Of a stretch of DNA of 64,000 nt, positions 50,401-64,000 are shown in pieces; the first letter of the stretch is position 1, and every line of letters starts with the position of its first letter. The stretch lies in assembly GCA_900617105.1 (NCBI GenBank), contig UYFQ01000143.1, positions 1 through 64,000 on the forward strand, in the 5' to 3' direction. Made by a program: the position numbers and the translations under genes. The DNA is from Hydrurus foetidus. Taxonomy: Eukaryota. Under the pieces are notes generated by a model. The model did not search any database, was not told where the DNA came from, and was given only the letters and a program-made list of their open reading frames with translations.

Positions 50401-50895
50401 TTGAAGAAGAGCTGTGTAAATGAAGACATACTGAGGATTAATTTCTTTAAGGGTGCAATGCCATTAAACGGTGCAACGCCAATTATGATAGCAATTAACA
50501 GAGAAAGACTCGATGTAAATGACGAGCCGTTTGTACTAGGCATCATGACTAGAAACATAAAAGAGACAACGAAAGAAACTGAGTGTGAGTACACAATATC
50601 GGGTACAAAAAGCAAAACTGTCATAAAAAAAGGAAAATGGTGCGTAACAATAAAAATGTTATTCTGTAAAAACGTTGTTGAAAATACATATTATATTCCA
50701 AATAAAGCAAAAGAGTTAAAAATTCCAATTTCTGATGTATATTATCCCGGTGAAGTAGCGGACTTATCACGAGAAAACTACTTAATTTGTACAGTTCAAA
50801 GTGAAGTACAGGACAACAATCAAGTCAACAATGTGTATATTATAGATAGCGATAGCATCGAAACATTAAGAAGTTCTATGACAAATGAAATATGA
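44448..50895 (+). CDS. ~1200-aa transposase split by a piggyBac insertion (44448-46104 joined to 48875-50895); start codon uncertain
   Basis: Removing the insert plus one TTAA restores frame (..ALGNL-RRFHGIS..NMNYLRC). Motifs TDFS, FTDGCAEQYKSR, HNF....FK..VDGQG..K and Cys clusters. Confidence 0.8.
46105..48870 (+). mobile_element. piggyBac-family transposon
   Basis: TTAA at 46101-46104 and 48871-48874; imperfect 14-bp TIR TGTCTA..CTCCAG; perfect 20-bp subterminal IR TGTCCGACCGGTAGGACAAT. Confidence 0.93.
46343..48722 (+). pseudogene. piggyBac transposase; introns 46669-46749 and 47354-47419; nonsense codon at 48017 and frameshift at the G-run ~48435
   Basis: MSRHRF, VIDECM, RKPEGVG, ADSAFGS, NIDVHD, WWHRLF, and a C-terminal Cys-rich domain CHIKDC..YCEQC..C..C...H. 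Confidence 0.88.
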
Positions 50896-52607
50896 AGGCT
50901 TAGATATAAATAACATTTTGTAAATGCAATTATCTTCACTAATGCACTTGGAATCTTACTCACTTTGTTCTACTCAAGTTCCTCGATTTCGTATACGCTT
51001 CTATAAATAATGGTTATCGATTACGTTATCGAATCCAGTAGAGATGATGGTAGTATAAGATCGGTCGGGAGGACATCGAGTCCAGTTACTGCAGTAATAC
51101 TAAGTTTGCTTCGGTGATACAAACCTTATTAAGAGCACCGAATAGGTAAGCAGGTAAAGCTAATAAGTAAGCAAGAAAGAAAAGGACTTGACATAGACGG
51201 TCATTTCTGAATCATCTAATTGCTCTGACAGCAAATCTCGTGTCAGTCTGAGCAGACCATTGCCTCCTCTCTCGAGTTGACAGTAGAAATCTGAGGATGA
51301 AAAATATGTAGGTCGGCGGGATCAAATTTTTGGTTTTGGGTGTTCGCAAGTATACAAGTAGTCATATTATAAAAGTTTCTAGGCAGTTCATGGAGCAAGA
51401 ATCAGTGCTTTAATCACCGCCAACTTCTCTGGTTGTGGAGAAATGGCCACCGATGATGAAATAATTTTAGGGATGTAAGATTTCAGACTCAACTAGCGAG
51501 TCGCAGAAGAGATTTGATGATGCGAAAACGTCACCAGTAAACTCACCATGGCCGAATTGGTCGAGCAGACAACACCTTGTGTCCAGCTGGCGGATTCCAT
51601 ATTGTGTAATTGTGCTGAATGTCGATTGATTCGAGCTATCAATGTTGAGTTCCATTTGGCGGGATCAAATATTCCAAAATTGGTAGCACGATCGTGCAAC
51701 CGGTGCTAGGTTCTCCACACCTTGGCGAACATCGAGGAACATGGTCTATAATAAAAGGTATTGTTATCATACGTTTGGTCGCGCTTGCGCGCCTATGGCT
51801 TCACGATCCATCCCCTGCCCCCGCTCTCTTCATTCTCAATCGAGGTTTGCGGTCAGGGGGAGGACCGTGGGTCAGATTCCACTTCACAATCTGACATAAG
51901 CATTTGTATGCCCCATGCCAAAAATTGGCCATTTTTAGCAGGATTTTGCCTACCATTTTGCCAGTATTCGAAATATCATCTCAAAACATCTTGGACTTGA
52001 AATCTGAATATGAGAAACGATCAGGTCAGTGGCCAAACGTCCAAGAACACAATAATATAAGGTGTCGTGGCTTGCAACGCCCGATGATATGAGATATTAC
52101 AGTACGAACGGTTGACGCCCGTACTGATATCACGAGCTTATGGTTGAATTTCCCTCCGGTATACCCGGTAAAATTTTAAATTTCACGGTATAGTAAATTG
52201 GCTGGCAGATTTGTACGGATTTACGGTCTACAAATTGGTGAAAATAGGCCTAATATTGGCCTAATATGACTTCTGACGAATTGGCACAAGTTCTGGATAG
52301 TTGCCAGAAGCAGCTAATTCTCGCTTTTACGTTCTTTGCCAGAAAGGCTCTTTTTTTTGCCAGGTGTACAGATGCCTAATCTGACATGCAAGCGGAGCAG
52401 AAATCCAGCTCGCGACCAAGCCCCGTGAGCCAGCATTTTTTTTTCCGTATAAAAATTTTTCTTACACGGTAACGCACACCGGACGGACAGTAAGATGTTC
52501 CAGTTCCCTCCAAATTGAGATGATCATTCAAAACCTCGCAACAACATCAGCTATCACTCAACACATCTCCTGTCATTTTTCTACCTTCGAAGCACAACTT
52601 AAACGTA

Positions 52608-53949
52608 ATGATGTCTTATGTCAGTAACTTTGAGAGTAGCTCAACCGTTGTTTCATCGGATGCTTGTACTGCGGTGCTTCACAAGTCAGATCAAACGGCT
52701 TTTACCGCTCTTGCAGCAGCCCGAAAGCTTCCTCACCAACCTGACTGTGATCAACGTGAAGTCAACTTCTTTGATGGAATCGATCTTACGCCGATTGGCG
52801 AGACCGAAATGGCGGGCCTACGCGACCTCCTTTGTGGCGTCTTGTCAGTTTGTGACAAGCGAACATGGTCGAGCAATGGCAAAAGAAGTGCAGTTAATAA
52901 CTTGACGACATATTTGGGTACAAATTCTAACTACATATCTCCTGCGACTACTTAAATTCAACAGCCCTTTGCTTGCAACTTTTGGAATCTAGCACGCTGT
53001 TCTAGAAGTGGGAAAGCAGTAAATAAGGACGTTGTTAGAAATTCTAGAAGATCGTCAAAATGCGGCTGCCTCGCAAAATTTTGTTTCGACTCCGAGCTGG
53101 GAATCATTTCACCTATGCTTGACATTGGATGAAAAGGAATTTCAAAGGAAAGGATACGTGAAGAAGAATTTACAAAGTCCAGAGAAGCAAGCCGGTTTCG
53201 AAGACTTAGCCGTTATCTGTCTCTCGGATTGGGGATCTAACTCGTCGAAAGTGTCACAAATCATAGAAAAAGAAGTAATGAAAAAGGGTTATTCTCTTTC
53301 CAACAATGACAATGTCCCACCACCACAGAGCTTCATAAGAAGTATAATTCAAAGTGGAAAGAAAAAATTACATAGCTCTATAAATCCGAAAGATAAAGTC
53401 GCAAAATTGCTAGAATGTCTGATGGAGAATGGTATGAAGCACTCTTTCCTCCAAGATGACATGGGATGCATCACAGCAATTTACTTCTTTGACCCAGTCC
53501 TTGCACCGACTCCTATGTGCAGTGTACACTTCTGATGTTACATTTGGTATCACAGACCAGATCAGTGGGATCAGCAAATGGCCTTTTTTTAGTTGACAGA
53601 CTGCAGGTAAAAATCAAGATTCCAATTGCACTCCACAAATGTGATATGAATCCTCACTTTAACTTCATTCACAGGGAGAGAGAATGTAATATTGATGTCT
53701 TCTGGCATCGTCAGCGAGGACACTAGGACGTTTGCCCATATATTCGACTTGGTTCTTGAAGTTACACCCCAACTTGCAACCGACGTATTTGTACTCCTAC
53801 TCGATGGAGATCGGGCTACTTGGCAAGCTGCCAAACACAAGTTCAAAAATGTCGTAATTGTATTATGTCTTTTCCATGCGAGTGAAAACATGCGAAAAAG
53901 ATTCGGTCCGCTCTGCAGGAGTCGTCAAAGCAGTAGGTACATGTCTTGA
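52608..53949 (+). pseudogene. Mutator/MULE-like transposase relic
   Basis: SDVTFG (after a frameshift) and LLDGDRATWQAAKHKF....LCLFHASEN; intron ~53607-53673; stops present. Confidence 0.7.
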
Positions 53950-54036
53950 TGTAGCCTTGATGCTCATTGCGCTCTACTCATAATTCATTAATTACATTTC
54001 CTCTCCTCCGTTCTCGCAGTAGTAGTCGATGCATAT

Positions 54037-54821
54037 CGCCATGCCAGTGGGGGGCATAACTGTCGCCGCTACCATCTAAAAGAATGTTAATTCATCTATT
54101 ACACATCGGTCTACGTATTTGATGAGTGTTCCTGAAACTAGAGAATATTCTGCACATGACAGTCACAACAGAAATACAAAATATTTCTTTTTTGGTGATG
54201 ATAATAATTCCGGGAAAAAGTGTCTTTTTTTGTCGCAGAATTTGGAAGGTCCAGGATCCACACAGTGACAAAGTATTTAGTCCCCCTAATTTTGAGATCG
54301 ATAAAGTAGCTATGCATCAACATCCATGAATTTTTTCAAGGTCTATCGAGTTGCTCTTAGCCACAATTTTAGCAATGGAAAGCTAATTTTGGCTACATTT
54401 CCACCGTACGTTCGCAGAGAAAACTTGAAAATGTACGGATTATTGGCCTCAAAAATGCTACTCAGTGAAAGAATTGGTGGCTAAGAGCAACTCGATAGAC
54501 CTTGAAAAAATTCATGGATGTTGATGCATAGCTACTTTATCGATATCAAAATTAGGGGGACTAAATACTTTGTCACTGTGTGGATCCTGGACCTTCCAAA
54601 TTCTGCGACAAAAAAAGACACTTTTTCCCGGAATTATTATCATCACCAAAAAAGAAATATTTTGTATTTCTGTTGTGACTGTCATGTGCAGAATATTCTC
54701 TAGTTTCAGGAACACTCATCAAATACGTAGACCGATGTGTAATAGATGAATTAACATTCTTTTAGATGGTAGCGGCGACAGTTATGCCCCGGCGACAGTT
54801 ATGCCCCCCACTGGCATGGCG
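54037..54821. repeat. Fold-back/MITE-like element: ~330-bp inverted arms with ~110-bp spacer
   Basis: 54037-54365 is the reverse complement of 54477-54821; mirrored ORFs 54126/54512; no clear TSD. Confidence 0.85.
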
Positions 54822-55301
54822 TAGAATTCCCCAAGCTCGTCTGTTGAGGTCTTCACAACTGATGTAGCATGTTCGATTTGCCGTAGCAGATCTCCAGAGA
54901 TCAACTCGTACGTTAGGAGATGCACTCCCGACTCAACTACTGATGACGTTGTCTCCATGATGAAAATAGCTAAGGTACTTTTCTAAGCTCGCGAAATCGA
55001 ATAGTTCTGCGAATGATGTGTCGAGTGAATAAGTACTTGACAAGCTTGTTTCACAGGCGATTACTTCTTCACTCCGGTCAGCGGTCCTTGCTCCTTGCCG
55101 CTCCAGAGAACCCATACTGCCGCATCGGCATCCTCTAAGAGGACAAGCATACTTACGCGTTTGGGCAGAATTCCCGTAGCATACCTTGTACAGACTACAG
55201 ACTAGGGGGGAACACAGTTCATTCAGTACGTATACTATCTATTTTGCATCGAATCTGTATATGACCGCCAATGAAATGACGCGGTCACTGTTTGAACATG
55301 A

Positions 55302-58300
55302 TGTGACCCGAACACCCGTACGGGCTGTACGGGTACAGGCGTACGTCCGGTTCGGATCGAGGACGATCCGATCCACACGATTCATTGCCATGATATCTGC
55401 TGTGTTTACCTGTAAGCTAACCACTTTGCTATCATAGCTTTAGCCCCACAGCATCTTCCCTTTGTCCACGCGCCCTCAGACCTCCGCTCCCGTTGCCCTG
55501 AGACCTAGCAAGGCCACAATACCGGTATTTGGAACCAACTAGGATCTCCTTCAGAGACCAGTTTCCAAAATCAACAGAAAAATCTTGCCGCGACCGTCAA
55601 ACAGTCGTGCCAAACAAAAGCGAGTAACTTTTTTAAGTGAAAACAACGTCTAACGACACTACAAAGGCTCTGTTAAATCGACAGCCTCCAGAACGCCCTC
55701 GTTTAGAAGTTCGTTCCGACGACTTTTAACGACATCTCCTCGAGCTCTTCAGAAAACGAAGGCCGACAAAAGAGAGTAACTTGCAAGCAAGTGAAACCAA
55801 ACAAATCGTTTCTAAAACGAAAGCTCCAACGCGCACGCCCAACTTCGTTGCCCACGAAGCCGTCCAACGCCCCCAACTTTCGACGCGATTTCCTCCCGAA
55901 ATCGCACGAAAGTAACCCAATCCCCCTGACTTCTACTGCCACACTCTTAACCTACCAGTCTCCATCCTCGACGAACCTACTCCTCATTTCCCTAAATCAC
56001 CGCGTCCGAGTTCCGTCGCTGTCGAAGACGCTCAGTTCCATCCAAATAAGCCCCGACCAAAATTCACGATGACAAAGAGCCAAAAAGACAAGAGACAGAG
56101 CTCTAACTCAATCATCTTCAGCTCTTCGCTCCTAGAAGATGAACGCTTAACCCTCAAATGGGAAAAGGAACGCCTCAAACAAGTCGCCAAGCGGCGCGAG
56201 GCAAATATCGCCGCTTCGACGGCGGCGCTCAGTCAAAAAGCCATCAAGGCTACAGACACTGAAAGCCGCATCGAAGACGAACAAAAAGCCCACAAGGCAA
56301 AACAAGCCGAGAGGCATAACACGCGCATGGCAGAGCGCAAACGTCTCTCCATATTGGAGGGCGAGACAGAAGAAAAGGAAAAAGCAGACGATGATCAAAG
56401 TCTTTCCGAATTCATGTCGATCATGGGCGAGGTCGTTTCACATAGTGAACCCGCCACCTTATCACCGGACAACCTCGACAACATCGACAAGGAGGAAAAC
56501 CAAGGTGGCAATCCGACCCAACAGAATGACGAGGAGGGAGACGGCAATAAGGACGATCAAACAGCCGACGGCAAAGTGACATCGGACTCCCACCCTGAAT
56601 CAGACAAGGAGGACGGGGAGGATGAAACCGGTGAGGAAGACGAGGACGAGGACGATGAAAACTACATCGAACTCTCATCGGATGAAGGTAGTCAAGTCCC
56701 GTCCGACTCCGAAGATCCGTTCACAGCCAAACTCGACACCAACAAGCCCGCAGAGGCCAAACCACCTGCCAAAAGACGCTCCCCCGAGTAGTCAAACCCA
56801 CACCAGAGCAACCACCCTCAAACAGCACAGCCAAACCTGCCAAACGCACTGCTAAAGCACCAGCGAAAAAGGTCCCGGCTTCGAAACCGAAGGCCGTGGA
56901 GAACCCTATACGCAAACGCAAAACAGAAGATGCGGGCATCGAACAACCCCAACGCAACCAAATCCCGCGTCACCAAAACATGACGACCTCCCTTTTTAAC
57001 ATGAAGGAGGCGTTCTACATGGGTAGGGACGTACTGTTGAAGGACATGGACGGGTCCGCCCGCCTGTTCTACCAACAGGCACACCGACCTGGTTTCAGCG
57101 CGGGTTGGCAGTCGCTGATAGAGGATGAGGCACTCGACACCATTCGTGATGGACTCTTGCAAAACACGAAGCTCGTCGGGTACACCCCCGCGCAATGTAT
57201 GGCGTGGCCGGAATTACCGGATGGTGAGCTCACTCTGAAAGAAATGGCAGAAGATCTTAAAACAATCTACTTCATTAACAGACGTACGCAATCCACATAC
57301 GACTTCGACCTCAAACTGAGGAGATTTCAGTTCAAATTCAGTTGGCTGAACGGTGCACTGGAACACACTTCCATCGCCGCGTTCCGCGACATTATCCTGG
57401 GGTTCTACAACAAGTATGACAACATCGATAGTGATCGCCAGGACGATATCTGCAAGATATTCTACAAAAAGCTCCCACCAGGCAACAAGTTCACTGAAAA
57501 TTTCATGGACTTGACCAAAGTGGCAGCCAAAGAAAGGAAAAAGGACAACATCAGGGAAATGCTCGCCCGTCTTGTCATCTGTCTCCAAGCGTCACGCGAG
57601 ACAGTTACGGACGCTGACAAGATGGGGGACTAAGCTATACCTTCACCACCAAGCTTACCCCTGAAGAAGATCCCGACACCCAACTGTCCACATCCGCGTC
57701 CACTGGCCCATCCGCATCATACAAGACCATTCCCAAACGTCGTCCCGACAACGAAGGCATTAGCCGAACAACAGACGTATGTCACACGTGCGGAATGACA
57801 ACTCATAATCGGTACAATTGTCCGCTCTTTATGAACCCGCACTGCAACAACTCCCACGCCACATGGAACGCTTCTTCCATTGGGCAGGATTTCAAACGCA
57901 TCGGGCATTCCCACTTTAAACCCGACATCTACGTCAACAACGAGAAAACCCACCTCACCAACTACCCAGGTGCGTCGACGTACGTCTACCCAGTCGACGA
58001 GGTTGAGATGGACATGGGACCACCTAAGACCCAAGACCCACGCCGCCCAAACAACAACAATAACAAGAACAACAACAATAAGTCCAACAACCGCAACAAC
58101 GATCGTCAGTCAGACGATCGCAACAGCGAGCGTGGCAACAAGCCAAGTGGTTCCCACGCGAGCTCAAACTACAAAGGCAAAAGTAAGTTACACCTTACAG
58201 CTACGCATGTACAAAAACTCGACGAAAGTCGCAGTACACCCACCATGCAAATGTTACTTTCCGCAGTACTGCCTGAAAATATAGAGGATTACTTACAAGT

Positions 58301-59238
58301 ACACATATCTCTTCCACAGACCCGATCGCAAACTTCCGGCCCAACCATCGCAACGACAGTCACTCCGACAGTCGCGACCGCGACTCTAGCCGCAAAGACG
58401 ACTCGCGCAACACGGAAAAAGAGAAAGACGTCTCCAACCGCGACAGAGATTTCTCCAACCGCGACCGAGACTCCAATACCAGCTCCTCGTCGTCCTCAAA
58501 GTACGCTCCAAAGTGAGGGAATCGACGCACTCGCCCAAATCGACACCGGATGCCAGGTCGGGGACGTAATCAACCGTAGAGTCCTCCGGGACCTACGGGG
58601 CGAACCCCACCTGCGCCCAACAGACACTCCCTTATGGATGTGCTCGGGTTTAAACAACCAATGTATTGAATCAACACGTGTGCTTGATATTATTGTATCA
58701 TTTAAAAAGAACTCTTTTCAACACACTTTTTCTCTTCCGGTGCGAATTGCAGAAGATTCAAAAGTCGACTTAATCTTAGGATTACAGACTATTAAAACAT
58801 TAAATTTAGTCAAACTTATTCCGGAATTCTTCCAAAATCCGGAAAATATAGTAACAGATAAAACAATGACACACATGTCAAAAATGCAAAGACTCGACCA
58901 GTCCACAAACATGGTGATAAACCAAGTGGACGTTCCACTCCTGCTAGACGCAGAGTCGGACACAGTCACGAGCATTACAGATCCAACCATACCTCCGGTT
59001 ATAACTAGCCGGGAGGGGACAAAACCCTCAGACGCAGACAGTCGATGGCAAGACGACCTGGTGGCTCGAGGTGCTTGTACAAGCAAGACATGCACTCCTT
59101 CATGTGGGTGTCCCACAGGTTCAGCTGCGGCAGCGGCTAAACTAGATTCTGATGAGTTCATTTTGCACTCTACGGTCGAGGCAGCAGTTTTGTTGTCACC
59201 TCCCCGACAAAATGATTTAGGTGTAACAACCGACAGGA
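55302..59238 (+). mobile_element. Ty3/gypsy element A (family 2): LTR, gag and protease; frameshifted and interrupted by element B
   Basis: TGTGACCCG start; ORFs 56069, 56896 and 57795 are collinear with 60008-63478; CHTCGMTTHNRYNC knuckle; IDTG. Confidence 0.88.
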
Positions 59239-60007
59239 TGTGACCCGTACACCCGTACGGGCTGTACGGGTACAGGCGTACGTTCGGATCGGATCGAGGA
59301 CGATCCGATCCACACGATTCATTGCCATGATACCTGCTGTGTTTATCTGTAAGCTAACCACTTTTGCTATCCATAGCACCAGCCCCATCACCCCCTTTCC
59401 TTCGCCCGCGTTCCAGCAGCCCTCCGTTCCAGCCCAGAGTCCTAGTGAGACCACAATACCGGTATTTGGAATCAGCTAGGATCTCTCTACGAGACCAGCT
59501 TCCAAAAACATCCAAAAAAAGTCGGCAGCGTCCTTTTCAAAGGCGTGCCGCACCAAGCGAGTAACTTTTATAAGTGAAAATATCATAAAAACACACTACA
59601 AAGGCCCTGTCAAAGCGACAGCCTCTGAAACGCTTCCAGTAAAAAGTTCGTCTCGACGACTTTTTCCGACTTAAATCGTTGCTCCATTCAAAACTTGAAG
59701 GACAACGCAAGCGAGTAACTTGTAAGCAAGTGAAAACATCAAATTCGTTCGTAAACGAAAGCCTACAGACGTCGCGCCCAACTTCGTGTCCTGCGAGCTC
59801 CACCGTCCGATTCAACTTTCCATCAATTTTCTCCCGAAATCGGGGGGAAAGCATCTTAATCTAATCTTCACTTTTTACAGCCGCCAACATACCACCAACA
59901 GCTCTTTAGAAGGAGCACATCCTACTGATCATTTAGCATAGCGTCCGAGTTCCGTTGCTGACCAAGACAGGAAGCGCCATCGATCCAACTGCCGACGACT
60001 TTTCAAG

Positions 60008-63478
<3,471 letters not shown>

Positions 63479-64000
63479 TTGCTGCTCTACTCCGGGAGCG
63501 TGAAGAACTCCCGGAGGTTCAACCCTTCGGACCCGAAGAGATTGACTACAAGTCGAAGGATACCTTCGCTCCTTTCCAAGACAATCCAACAGAGGATAAA
63601 TTGTACCTCATCGATTTAATACACATCGATGGTACCCCTGACCAAATAGCAAAAATAAGAGCAATCTGTGTCAAACACATTAAGCTTTTCAACAACAAAC
63701 TCGGGCCGGAACCTGCACGTATTCCACCGTTTGGACTACCCGTACGGGATCCAGAATGGAAAGTATTCAGGAATCGTGTAGCACCCCGACCAACGTCAAT
63801 ACGGAAACAAATTGAAATCCGTAAACAAGTTGATACTATGCTAGAACAGGGTATAATAGTCAAATCAGAGGCATCATACTACTCACAAGTTACACTTGCG
63901 TCTAAGCCAGACGGTTCATACCGATTCTGTATTGACTACCGTCACCTCAACGATGCAACAGAGTCAGCAAGCTGGCCAATCCCTAATATTAGACAAATGT

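Larger units (their letters stand above)
44125..51710 (+). mobile_element. Long-TIR DDE DNA transposon (Sola-like transposase) with 5-bp TSD TTCTC
   Basis: Outer 23-bp TIR CCTAGCACCGGTTGCACGATCGT at both ends; inner 412-bp IR 44170-44581 / 51265-51676; TTCTC at 44120-44124 and 51711-51715. Confidence 0.88.

Noticed and set aside
54822..55301. Short ORFs and a purine tract before element A
   Set aside because: No recognisable motif, and the tract is not adjacent to an LTR start.

Overview
Intron-rich eukaryotic (protist-like) genomic DNA, not prokaryotic. 1-11.9 kb is a patchwork of Ty3/gypsy and Ty1/copia LTR-retrotransposon pieces arranged as inverted repeats. 12.2-19.8 kb holds two spliced host genes: an RTEL1-like helicase with a C-terminal RING, and CFAP20. 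20.4-38.6 kb is the Aquarius/IBP160 (AQR) locus on the minus strand. Its introns host a cluster of box C/D snoRNAs with recognisable rRNA guides. A downstream AQR-derived copy looks like a non-coding snoRNA host, and the ~6 kb tandem copy upstream is probably an assembly artefact. 38.9-54.8 kb is a DNA-transposon cluster: a pogo (DD35D) element carrying a second, spliced HIRAN-domain gene; a long-TIR Sola-like element with a 5-bp TSD, interrupted by a piggyBac; a MULE relic; and a fold-back. 55.3-64 kb holds two nested gypsy elements. Most notable observations: (i) all three gypsy elements carry a phase-1 GT-AG intron candidate at the gag/protease junction whose removal terminates Gag, and in two of them a dual-coded alternative Gag tail is conserved; (ii) the HIRAN cargo gene in the pogo element; (iii) the AQR-hosted snoRNA cluster with compensated non-canonical boxes. 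All family assignments rest on motif recognition; no database search was run.
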